DNA of 64,000 bases from Thalia democratica. Its lineage: Eukaryota. Both the position numbers and the translations under genes were made by a program. The notes below the pieces were generated by a model. That model was given only the letters and a program-made list of their open reading frames with translations. It made no database searches and had not been told where the DNA came from. Of the stretch, positions 11,700 through 23,985 are shown in pieces (positions within the stretch are counted from its first letter, which is position 1; the number at the start of each line of letters is the position of its first letter). The DNA is taken from contig OZ241833.1 in the NCBI GenBank assembly GCA_965202585.1, positions 43,958,001 to 44,022,000 on the forward strand. The letters are read 5' to 3'.

Positions 11700-11880
11700 C
11701 ACAATGCCGTTCAGCTGTAGTTCACTTGAGCGGCATTGTGACGTAACAAAATGAAAATAGCAATTAATTTTTTTGAGCGCGGACAAGAATGAAGTGCTGA
11801 AATAAGTTGATTGACCATGAAATTTATCTTAGCGCTCACTTATTTAAAGTCACCTCGGCGGCTATGCGTTTGCTACCATT
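11700..11880 (+). promoter_or_regulatory. Conserved non-coding module with TGACGTAA (CRE/ATF-like) site; copies at ~32380-32550 and ~40780-40950
   Basis: TGACGTAA at 11739-11746, 32408-32415 and 40804-40811, each followed by conserved gaaaatagcaatt...gagcgcg...gtgctg and a ggcKatgcgt motif, while flanks diverge. Confidence 0.45.
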
Positions 11881-12375
11881 ATCAAAATTATAATTACTTA
11901 AAAGTAAGTTTGAGTGAGTTTAGCTAAATTTATAGTTTGCATTTAGTACAGTTATTTTTTGTGTTTATGACAATACATTTATAGTTTTATTACTTAGCAC
12001 TGTTAGAAAACAGATTTAGTTTGTTTAGTTAGTAATTAACTAAAAATTAGTATTAAATGTTTAATGAAAAAGGTTAGCTTTTTAAAGAGATGTAATAAAA
12101 GTATATGTAATTGACAATAGTAATATTTAATGATAAATTTGTTTAGATAATAATAACAATGTATACTTCGTTAAGACAATCGTTTCTATTGAAACTGTTA
12201 ATTATTTAAAAACTAAAACAAATAAACTGTTAATAATAAAATATCATAAAAACTGTTAATATATAAGTTTTGTAAATTCTAAATCTTTAATCTACGATAC
12301 CCACATGTACAACAAGTAAATCGACAAATTAAGCTTGTTTAATTAAAACTTTAAATAAACACAAGTCAGATTTAG

Positions 12376-13909
12376 GCAACTAGAGACTTATTTTGCTGAT
12401 GGTAGGTAGTGTTTTGTTGAACACTAACCAAAAACTCGTTAGAATTATAAAATACTCTTTTTTTTGATGAGCTAAGCCAATACGTGCAAATTTTTTTCTT
12501 TGCTAAACCGACTACACTACCGTAACTACCGTACGTCTTAACGATTTCGTACTATGGGACAAAAGAACGTAAAAATAAAACGAATAATTTCACTTTTAAA
12601 TGCTATAAATAAAATTGGTCTTGTCCAAACAGCTGTAAATAAACCGAACTGTGCAGTGTTAGGTGTAATATTCATATCATGCTCGTGTAGTATTGGATCT
12701 GATGTTTAATCGAAAAATTCTCTTATACTCAATATGAATTCAAGAAAGTGTGTGAAGAGTAATTAGATAATTAGTAGCTTCAGATAATTCCGATGTAAGA
12801 TTAGAATCTTATTGTGAAATTACTTCCAATGAAGATAGTAGTTCAAAATTACATTCATTCAGCTGGAAACTTGTCACTTAGTAAGAAGGCCACAGTCAAA
12901 GTTGCAATTAATTTAAATGAATACATACAAAGGTTTCTAACTTGATTTAATTTATAAGACTATGTGAGTTAAGTTATATGTAAATATTTAAAAAATATAT
13001 AACAAGGTTGGTAACCAACAAAAAATATGTAAATAAAATAAGTACTTTTATCATTCAGATTATGCGCTTTTACTTTTTTTGAAGGCTATTATGTAGAATA
13101 GGTATATGAATTTAATAAAGTCTAATTTAATCTAGTTAAGAAAGTATAAAAAAATAAAAAGAACTTGGTGCTAAGAAAAAAAAATAGTTGGTTAAATCTT
13201 TATTAGACTTATAGATCACACAGCTTACGAACTACGAAAATACATTAATTTGAAAACTTTTAACTGACTTTTAACCGCAAAGTATAATTTATAACCTCAA
13301 CTTATTTAAAAAAAATTATTTTATGTTATAAGGTGTATAAATAGCTGTATTAAAACATTTTTGATTGAAATTAGTTTTAATTACTCTCCATTAATCATAA
13401 CTATATCTTAATAACATATGAACTGTACTTTACACATGATAAAAATGTAAATAGCTTAATAACTTAATTTGTTCTAAAGGTTTACTAGTCCCAAAACATT
13501 GAATTTAGACAGATTAAAAACGTTTATGATTAATTGTAACATTAACATATTTATAAAAATTTTTTATAAATAAATTTATATTGTTACTCATTAATCCCTA
13601 TACCAACTTTTTTTTATTATCAATTAGTCCTGTAAGCTACTTCTACTCATGCAAAATACTTTAGTAAAATTAAAAGACACACAAAATTTTCAACACAGAA
13701 CTATTGTCGCCAATAATGTTTTTAGCATGATTAAGTAGTGTGTAAAATTTTTTTTTTTTGTTTTTTCTTTGACTTTTTATATTAGAATTATTAACAAAGT
13801 TTTAGCTACTTTTTTACAAATTAAGAATATTAGATTTATTGTTTAAAAAAGCTGTTTTATGTGTTTGTTGAATTAAAAATAAATTCAGGTATTTACAAGT
13901 CTATTTGCA
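12376..13909 (+). promoter_or_regulatory. Upstream region type P2, shared with 24190-25718; part also at ~33200-33545 and ~41575-41890
   Basis: Shared blocks such as gatttcgtactatgggacaaaagaacgtaaaaataaaacgaataa and gtgcagtgttaggtgtaatattca lie at matching distances from the ATGs at 13910 and 25719. Confidence 0.6.
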
Positions 13910-15226
13910 ATGATAAAACTTTCATTGAAACTTGATGTTAGTTCGAGTAAATTGCTTCTTGGATTTGTTGGAGTGTCAGCCACAATGGGTGCTCTTTACT
14001 ACTTGTCTCGTCAAAATAAAACAACCAAATCTTTAAAGAGAGACGATGAAATATCGACAGGAGAAAGAGAAAAACCTGGTAGGTTGAATGGAAATAAAGT
14101 AGGGTTAGTAAATCAAAGAATTAAAAATGTTCCGGAAATTAGTGAGTTACATATTAAAAACGATCATAACAATACGAACTTTGCACGTGAAGGCATTCAG
14201 ACTTTGGATCATAACTGGCAGTTACCTAACACTGAAGCAAGATTCACACAAAACAAAAATGAAACAATTAATTCGGGTGGCTCTGATGTTGAAAATAACA
14301 ATAATGAAACTAACGATGATAATCCAGTAGAAAATAAATCTCCTGTTAATGATAAACCATTTATACCTAGAACACAAGAGCGCAATGAAGCTAATAATGT
14401 TCATAATAGTTGTGAAGACAAAAGTGTTGTTGGAATAAAAGAAGAACTTGAACTGACGGAAGAAACAACTGAAAAAGATACAAGAAAAGCTAATGATCCT
14501 CAAAAAGATATTAAAGATAACAAAAGTGTTGATAAACATAGTCAAAAAGTTCAAATTGAAAACTCAAACGAACCAATTACCAATAATCAAGCCTTTCGTA
14601 CATTAAATTCTTATTATAGAAACTTCAAAACTCTCAGTCAGTATTTAAATGTTGATGTACAACAATTCAAAAATTTGCGTAGCTTGCTGGACAGTTATGT
14701 TGGCAAAAAAAGAAACAGGTTGATAAAGATTCAAAAAATAAAAAAACAATGTCAGAATTTTGATGGAATTTACGAAAATATTCAAGGAAGGCTTAGGAAT
14801 GCAGCTATACAAAGCATAGTGAACCAAATATTCGTTTTGAGAACAAATCTGTGGAAGGAAGTTCAATGCGTGGAAAAGCAAATCAATAATTCAAAGGTCG
14901 CTGATGAAATTGAAAGTACTAAAATGTTGGTTGATCGAATAATCGAATTTCTAGAAAAGTTTAAAAAAGCAGTAGACTCCGCGGTTAAAGCGGTAGATTT
15001 TATGCACAAAGTCCTATTATGTAGTGATTCTAATAAAACTGAAGATTTTAAAACGGCTCATAGTACATACAAAAACAATTTGAAGTGTTCGTTTGATACA
15101 CTTGACACATGTAAGTGCGTTAGTCTGCATGAAGATATGAAAATTGGTATTACTTTCACAGCAAAGGTAATTTCTTTCTTTTTCGATAAGTTAAATAAAA
15201 GTATTGCTGAATTACTTGGAAAATAA
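13910..15226 (+). CDS. Family copy 5, intact type A member, 438 aa
   Basis: Uninterrupted ORF. C-terminal ~230 aa are highly similar to copy 3; parts of the linker differ. Confidence 0.88.
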   Translation: MIKLSLKLDVSSSKLLLGFVGVSATMGALYYLSRQNKTTKSLKRDDEISTGEREKPGRLNGNKVGLVNQRIKNVPEISELHIKNDHNNTNFAREGIQTLDHNWQLPNTEARFTQNKNETINSGGSDVENNNNETNDDNPVENKSPVNDKPFIPRTQERNEANNVHNSCEDKSVVGIKEELELTEETTEKDTRKANDPQKDIKDNKSVDKHSQKVQIENSNEPITNNQAFRTLNSYYRNFKTLSQYLNVDVQQFKNLRSLLDSYVGKKRNRLIKIQKIKKQCQNFDGIYENIQGRLRNAAIQSIVNQIFVLRTNLWKEVQCVEKQINNSKVADEIESTKMLVDRIIEFLEKFKKAVDSAVKAVDFMHKVLLCSDSNKTEDFKTAHSTYKNNLKCSFDTLDTCKCVSLHEDMKIGITFTAKVISFFFDKLNKSIAELLGK

Positions 15227-18200
15227 CCTAAGTTAATACTTGTAGACTCTGAGCCTAAATAATCTGATCCTTTGGAAAAATTAACTAGTGTTTGTTACGT
15301 TTCTTTAATATTTACATGTAACTTTATTTTTATTGACTCAGTTGAAGTTTGTTACTATGCTTTTTATTTTTTACAATAAAATTTTTGTTGATCGAACTTA
15401 TAAGTGCTAATTTGTTTTTAAATAAAAAAAGTTTTTAACGGACTTATGTTATCAACTAGCAAGGGCTTAGAAAACTACAACTTCGCTTTAGCACGGATTA
15501 AAACTATAGCATGAAGTATAATTTTTGCAAGTACGTTTGATAGTAAGTTTAACAATAATTAACATTGTATCAAACAGTTTTTTTAAGTCGAATTTAATAC
15601 AGTCAGCATCTTGTTGAATACGCATTTTAGGCTCTTTGAAGTGTGATTTCAAGGAGAAGAAAACTTACCAAAGTTACTTCTTATTTAAATTTTTATCTAA
15701 CTAAAGCAGAAATTACACTCGAAAGCTGGCCATCCGGTTTGATAGATTACCATTTATACTAAAAGAAATCATTCTCAAGTAGCATAAAATTAGAAAACAT
15801 TTTTTCTAGGCTTTTCTCTTAGAAAAGAACTATGTTATTAAATTTTGATAGTTAATTTTCTTTTATTTAACTCTACAATTTTTTTTGACAACTTTACATT
15901 AAGAGTTTTGTAAACTATTTACACAAATTAAACACAGTTAATATTTTATATTAAAGGCCCAAATAAACTAAAAGTATGAAAATAGCTCTTAAGTCTAGCT
16001 AGAGATTAAAGCCATTTGAGCCTAGAGTTGTTTATAAATTACACAATTCGAGAGTGAGCATGTGTCTATAAATAAAAAGTACCACAACTACTTATTATAT
16101 ATTTACTTTTTTTTCATGTCATTTTTCTTAATTGGTCTACTTGCATTTTCTCGTTTTGAGAACATCATTAGTCAAGCGTTTATGTTGTTTTATTTAATTT
16201 CTTATGCTTTGATTTATTTCGGCTGGTTTTGAGTTTGTTGTTCTAGCTATTTGCAGCCATGATTTTATATTCTTTAAACTCGTTACTTGCTAAACGATGT
16301 TGTATGTTTTAAGTTAGACTGTTAAACCGATGAATTTTCTCTTGTGGTGATTTGTTAGTAAAATGTTGTTGTATTTGTTACTTTATGTGTTAGTTTTTAC
16401 AGTTTACAATTTTTAGGTTTACATTTTATGTTCACATTTATTAATTGTAAAATACATTTTTCTAGCCACAAACTCGGTTTTAGTTTAAACTATAGTATAA
16501 TTTCAGTAAAAAATTATTAATCCTATTAGGTTGAAAATTAAAGTAATTAAAAACTAACTTAGGAGTGTCAACATAAAATAAAAAGCGTTATTGTCAGTTG
16601 TTTGCCAGGTCCATGCTATATATATATATATATCAATAAGCACACACTTCAGTTGGTTTTAACTGATTGAACCGTATCGTGTGTTAGTGCAGTTTTTAGC
16701 AATAAATTAGATAAATTACAATCTTTTTGCATAATTTTTAACGAGACTCGTGTGCAAATACTGTTATAATTTTTATTATAATTTACTATATGTCTCACAA
16801 GCTCAATCTATCGTTTAACTTAGAATTTGTTTGTTTTATGATGTATGTACTGATTCTTGTTCTAGTGTGCCTTTAAGTTTAGTTTTGTTTTACATGAAAG
16901 TCGATGAAACTTTTCAATTATTCATACCTAAACATATTAAAAATATAAGCTAAAACTATTAAAAATTTGTTTTGAAGTATTTTGGTGAGTAGTAATCTTA
17001 AAACTTTAAATACAAACTAAGTTATAACAATGGTACAAATTTTGTAAATTAATTCAAGTGAAATAAGTAATTGTATTGCTTTTTTTGTTAGCAGTTAACT
17101 TTCTTTTGAAAAAGCTGTCGTATAAATAAAAGTGGATTTTTAGACCTGGTAAAATATAAACAATGAGTATTAAAGTGAAAATGAAAGTTTCGTACAAAAA
17201 ACAAAACTTAAATTAAAAAATTTATTCCTGAATCGTCCGTATTTTCATAATAAAATTTTTTTTTTATGTATTTTTTACTCTACTTATAATAATTTACAAC
17301 TCGCTTTTAGCTATACTTAATTGAATTTAAGTTTTATATCAAACATACTTTAATTTATACTCACGATTAGTTTTAAATACACTAACAACGTTATTAATAT
17401 TTAAACAGGTAAATTTTACATATTACACAATATTAGTATAATTTTTACAGATGTATTTAGAAAAATTTTGTCAATTTAGTTTATTAGATTTTGAAAACAG
17501 TAAGCCGTGCAAAAGTGATGACTGGCGCAAAGTATGGCACCATTACAAAATTGATGTCATGTAAACAGAACGCTTTGTGCAAAGTGCAGTAATAAAAAAG
17601 AGATAATTTGTAAAAAAGTGACACTGGAAAAGTTACTCTCCGTGCAATTGTGATGCTGTGTAAAAATGACGTACTTAATTGATTGAATGGAAATTGATGG
17701 AGTGGTTTATCCGGGTAGGAATTTATCGTTTTGAAATTTATCGGTTGGAAATGTTCGCGGGTTAGAACTTTGCGGTTCAATGTTAAATGTTAACTTTTTT
17801 TTTTAAGAATTTTATGAATTGACGCTTTTAAGTGTCTTATCAGATTTTCCAAATTAGCAATTGCTACATCCTTAAACAAAAATATTGAATAATTTTACTA
17901 CTATTGAAGATAATTTCAATAAAAAAGGTATGCTAAAAACTATTTAGTTCTTTATATGATGATGTTATTGATCAGTTAGATTACTAGATAACTTTGTGGT
18001 AACAGTTAACTAATAATAACACTAAAGAATAAACACAAAAATAACTGTTCTCAACTATTTTATGTTATATATCCTTATTCAAAACAACTAAACACTTTTG
18101 AAAATAAACAAAAAGTTTATTTTAGCAAATTCAACGTAAAAAAACTCCAAAAGTTGAAAACAAAAACAACAAAATCATTTTATACACAAACATATTACAA

Positions 18201-18277
18201 AAATACCAAAAAAATAATATAATCGTTTCCAATAGATTCATAATATAAAGCTTATAACAATATTTCAAATAGTACTT

Positions 18278-20144
18278 TCATGTATATCCAACAACACATT
18301 CTTCATACCATGTAAAAAAATATTTAGTCAACATAATTATATCTAGAACGTCATTTCAGACTTCATTAACCTCACTAAACGCTTTAGAGTTATTAAGCTT
18401 TTCAAGCGTTGACTTCAAACTAATTTTGTATTTACTAAAAGCCGAGCTCAGGTCTTGCTGTTCATTAACTTTATCAGCCTGGTCATTTTGTACCACTTGA
18501 TATAATGATAATAAGCTTTGTTTAGCGAAGCCTACTGCTATGTTAAACTGTTCTAAATATTCAACTATAACACCAACTAACTTTTTAGTACGTTCAGTCA
18601 CTTTAAAATGGTTTTCACTTATTGAGTTATTGCTTGATGCTTTTACAGATTTTACTTCTTTCCACAGATTTGTTCTCAAACTGAATATCTGATATACTAA
18701 AAATCGCAGATCAGGGTACGATAAACATTCTTTTATTTCGTCGTAAATTATGCCGAAAGTCTGACATCTTAATTTAATTTTATTGAAATTTTTCCTTCTA
18801 TTTGTTTTGTTCCCTTTATGATCATTGAGCAAACTACGTAGGCTTTTGAACTGTTGCAGATTGACATTTATATACTGACTAAGAATTTCTAAACTATGTA
18901 AACAATAATTAAAATTAACTGGGTCTTGTTCGCTTTCTATTTTATTAGAGTTTTCATTGTGAACATTTTGACTATGCTTGTCAACACTTTTGTTGTTTCT
19001 TGCATCTCTTTGAGGACCAGTAGCTTCTCTTGTATCTTTTTCAGTTGATTCTTCTGTCAATAGGGGTTCTTCTTTTGTTCCAACAATCTTTTTGTCTTCA
19101 TGAATATTATGAGGGTCATTAGTTCCATTGAGTTCTTTTGTTTTGGGCTTAACTAATTTTTCATTCACAGGAGATTTGTTTACTTCTGGTTTCTTATCGT
19201 TAGTTTTACTATTGTTATTATTTACAACCAGTGGCCCTACATCAGATTCATCCAAACTGACCATTTTGTCCTTGATTTGTGTGATTGTTGCATCGGTATC
19301 AAGCAGTTGTTGATTGTTATTAAAAGTCTGAACCTCTTCAAAGTTTTTTGAATCTTCTACCAATTTAGATCTTTTATTTGTTCCAAAACCATTTTTGTCT
19401 TCACGACTTTTATGAGCATCATTAGCTTCACTTTGTTCCTTTGCTCTTGATTTATCTGGTTTCTTACTTACAGAAGAGTTATTGTTTGAAATTTCATTTT
19501 GAACAACACGGTTTACTTTACCAACATTTTTATTATTTTTGGTATCTTGTTGAGGATTATTAGCTTCTCCGATATCTTTTTCTGCTGATTCTACTGCTAA
19601 TGTAGTTTCTACTTTTCTCCCAACACTATTTTCGTCTTCACGACTATTAGGAGCATCATTGGTTTCATTGGGCTCTTTTTGACTTATATCGTCTGATTTT
19701 TTATTCACAGGAGAATTATTCACTTCTAGTTTGTCATCGTTAGTTTTACTACTATTATTTTGAATATCAAAACCATCAGAATTGACTATTTTTTCATTGT
19801 TTTGTGTCAATGTAGCTTCAGTGTTAGGTGATTGTGAATTACTATCCAAAGCCTTATTGCCTTCAAGTACACAGTTTGTTGTGTGATGATCATTTTCAGG
19901 ATGCAATTCACAAATATTTGAAACAATTTTCACATTATGACTTACTAAACCTACTTTATTTCCATTCAAACTACCAGAATTTTTCTCTTTCTGCTGTGGA
20001 TATTTTGTCGTCACTTTTTAAATATTCGGTTGTTTAATTTTGATGAGACAAGTAGTAAAGAGCACCCAACGTAGCTGACACTCCAACAAACCCAATAATC
20101 AACTTGGTTGAACTAACATCAAACTTCAATGAAAGTTTTATCAT
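18278..20144 (-). pseudogene. Family copy 6, type B pseudogene
   Basis: ATG at 20144. In-frame TAA at 20036-20034 right after the anchor, a +1 insertion near 19980, and CGA>TGA at 18358-18356. The internal 552-codon frame is otherwise open and very similar to copy 4. Confidence 0.85.
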
Positions 20145-23100
20145 TGCAATTAGACTCGTAAATAGCTAAAAGTATTTTAAATTGAATAAAATAATATTTG
20201 TTTAATATATGAAGAAATGATTTTAGAAAAACTTATACTGAATATATGTTATTTTAAATCAATTTATATATTAATAAAATAGAATTTGTTTTGAATATAA
20301 GCAATCATTTAAACTTTCTATGTTTTGATTAGACAATTATCAAGTTAATAAGTTTCTAATAAACATTGAACACGAAAACAAGTGGTTTTTTTTTCAATTT
20401 TATAATTTTTATTTTGACTTTTAATGAGCTTATAAAATCTATTGGTTATACATTTATTCAAAAAAGGTAAATATAATTGTTTTTTTGTTTGAAAATAACC
20501 AACATTATCTGATTTTCTTAAATTAATTGAAAAATTTTTACACTTTTTTTTAAATGTTACAATAAAGTGTAAAAACAATCTAAGTTGAATCCATAAATAA
20601 AACAAAACCATATCAGAAATAAACATTTTTTAAACTTATTTATCATAATCTTATTTAAGTATTTAAATTAGAGTAAAGTAAAGCTAAGTATAATATGTGT
20701 TTATTTAGTATAATAACATATTATAAACTTTTAACGAAGTAGATAAATAAAGTTAGTTATATTTATTTTCAATTTAATAACTTTTATTTTGATGTTTAAT
20801 GAAGTCATAGTTTCTTTTTATATATAATCATTCTTTAAGTGAAATACCAACTAGTGTTTTAACTTTTTTTTTCAAAAATTTAAATTTTCCCTTAACCCCT
20901 AACGTTGGTTCTAAAAATTTAATATCTTTTTATAAAAATGTTACACTAAGGAGTAAAAGTAGTATAGACAAAAGTTAAACTCATAAGTAAAACTAAACCA
21001 CATCAGAACTTGCAAAAATTTTAAATTACTAACCATAAATATACTTTAAGTATAAGAAATGGGGTAAAGTATCACTAACTATGTATAGTTTGTTTTTATT
21101 TAGCACAGTAACATGATATTAAAGTGACTATATGCTAAATAATAGATGAAAACTTTAGTAGCTCTAATTATTGCTTAACCTAACACTAGTTGCCAATATG
21201 TTGAAAAATATAAACTGTTATAGATCTCTGGTATTTTTATTAATCACAATCTTTTTGCCTAAAAGACGAAAAAAAAAACTTTAGTCTTTTAAAAGTCAGA
21301 ATGAAACATAAACAATTATAACAATCAGTGATTTAAATTTATATAATTATTATTTATACAGCGTTAAGTTATGTAGTCAACGTGTCTAAAAAAGAGTGAT
21401 AGTTATAATGATAAGATCGTTTTATAATAGAAAATATTTTAAATTACAGCTTTCATAAAAACTTCAAATAAAATATCGTACTAAAATAAGAATTTTCGTA
21501 ATCTAAAAGTTCCTTTTTTTAAGTATAATAAACTACGGCGAATCTAAAAACTTATTTTTACAGATATGTTTTGCAGATCATCATATTGAGAACAAATTTA
21601 CACTATTTGATTATAACGTAACAAAAATAAGGTTTAAAAATGTGTTTTCTAACATGTTTTATATTACTTTTTAATCATATGGTATGTCACAAAACATTGC
21701 ATTTTTTTATTATAGTTAAACTTCTTAGATGCTAACACCTGTTTACACTTCTTTTTTACTATTTGCTTCTCTTCTTAAAACATTATTAATTAAAAAAAAA
21801 ACGTTATTAGTATTATGATATCATGTAGATTTTTGTAGTTTTTTTAACAAGCTGGCAATTTGTCAATTCAACAGTTTTACAAACTCTTTTTTTAATATTC
21901 AATGATTACTAGGTCGTTACATTTCAAGTTTAAAGAAAAAAAAAGTTTTGTTTTATTTTTTGTATTATTAAGTGTCGACATAAAAGTTTAGTTTGAACTA
22001 GAACGAAAGTAAAGTTATTAAAGTCTTAGAAATAGTTTGACGTGAATTATGTAGTTTTAATATTCATTAAACGAAATGACTCATAGCTGTGAATGTTGCA
22101 CAGTACAACTCTACCAACACAAAATTTTGTCAAAAAACTTTTAGTCCCAACAATAAACGCATGTTTAAAACTTTCTTTGCTTTTTTTGTTGTTATGTTAT
22201 TGCAAAGTAAAATGGCTATCGATTTAACCATTCAACAAATGAAGCGACTTTGATAAAGACTTCTTAAACCAGTTCAGCATGAGAAGTTTTAGTGTTTTTA
22301 AATATTTGAATTTTTACGAAGTTTTTTTTTTCAATTTGACAAAATCATATTTTAATTTAAAACTGTATCTGACCTTGATTTGTTATAGCTTTTTATATTA
22401 ATAAATATATCTTTAAAAAAACTGAAAGTAAAAATTCGAAAAACCTGGTTCTAAATATGATGTGGTTACTGTTTTGATTATAAATATTTAGTTACTACAT
22501 TTGAAATATTTACAAAATATCTTTAATTCAGTTTAATTATCATATATTTTCAAATATTTATTCGTTACATTAGAATACAATTTTTTTACTTTTATATCAG
22601 TTCTTTTTTCTGTTTATTTTAAGCATTAAGTTTTATATCTAAAAAATACAAGGCACACTTTTAATTCTTTTTAACTTTTAAACCTATTCAATATAAACCT
22701 TTTTTAGTCAATCTAATCGTACTTTCTGTTTTTAAATTTTGTCAAGAGTAATTAAACTAAACATTAACACATCAATTTAAATAGCTTTACTATGCATTAA
22801 TATTTAATTTATCAATAATTTATTTCAGCAAACATTTCTTATTTAACATAATTATATACTTGTAGAAAAAATTTAAAAATTTAAAAAATTAAATTAACAG
22901 CCTAGATTTGTAAATTCACGTCATAAGTTGTAACAAGTCGTTAAAATCAGTTTTTACACATTCAATGCTGATAATAAACAGAGTTTTTATAAATTTACTT
23001 AAATATGATTTTTTGAACAAATTAATCGTTATTGAACAAATTTTTTAATAAATTCATTTTTATAGCTAACATTTTTAACAAACGCTTTATAAATGTGCTC

Positions 23101-23757
23101 AAAGTGATAAACATCAAAAAATATTCTACAGAAACTATTGTATCGAACTTTTGAATATATTTATTAAAACTAAGAGGTGTTAAGCATCAAGAAAAATCTT
23201 TTCGTTTAAAAAAAAAAGTTTTTAAAATTTATATGATGTTCTTTATTATTTTTGAATTTTTAGCTGTAGTTAAACTAAGCTAACTACCTGATCTTTTAGT
23301 TATTTTTTTGTTAGATACTAACTTTTATTATAAGACGTTTATGAATTGACGCTTTTAAGTGCCTTATCTGTTTTTGCAAATTACCAATTGCTATATCCTT
23401 TTTCAAAAATGTTTGATTAATTTCACTACTATGTTAATTTTAGTATGCTAAATATTCTATTGATTATCAGTAAAATTACTAAAAAACTTTGTAGTAACAG
23501 ATAGTTTATGATAATAACTAAAAAATAATCATGATAAAGCTGTTTTAAACCAGCTTTTTTTAAATGTTCTAATTCAAAACAAGTAGAATTTTTTTTTTAA
23601 TTATTGGAGTTTATTATAGTAGATTCAATATAAAAAAACGCAATTACAAAAAAAATCAATTTATACACCAAAACACAAAAAAAAAACATACAAACAATAT
23701 AATAGTTTTCAATAATTTAAAGGTATAAAGCTCACAAAAGTATTTCATAAAGTACTT

Positions 23758-23985
23758 ACAAACATATCAAACAAAATTTACTTCATACCATGTAAAAAAA
23801 GAACGAGTCAAATTAACTATATCTATCATGTAGTTTCGGACATCATTAACCACACTAAATGCTTTAGAGTTCTTTAGTTTTTCAACGAAGACTTCAAGTT
23901 GTCTTTGTATTCACTAACACTAAAGATTTTGTTGTTTATTAACTTTATCAGTCCACATATAACTTAATATAATGATATTAAACTG
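23758..23985 (-). pseudogene. Family copy 7: 3'-terminal remnant of a type B gene with its 3' flank (~22960-23757)
   Basis: cttcataccatgtaaaaaaag...gtttcggacatcattaacc...ctaaatgctttagag matches the last codons of copies 4 and 6. Confidence 0.75.

Noticed and set aside
16614-16636. (TA)n microsatellites here and at ~36958-36975
   Set aside because: Short, ordinary simple repeats.
17170-17195. ISRE-like GAAAATGAAA and various NF-kB-like words
   Set aside because: Expected by chance in highly A/T-rich DNA and not conserved in the duplicate block.
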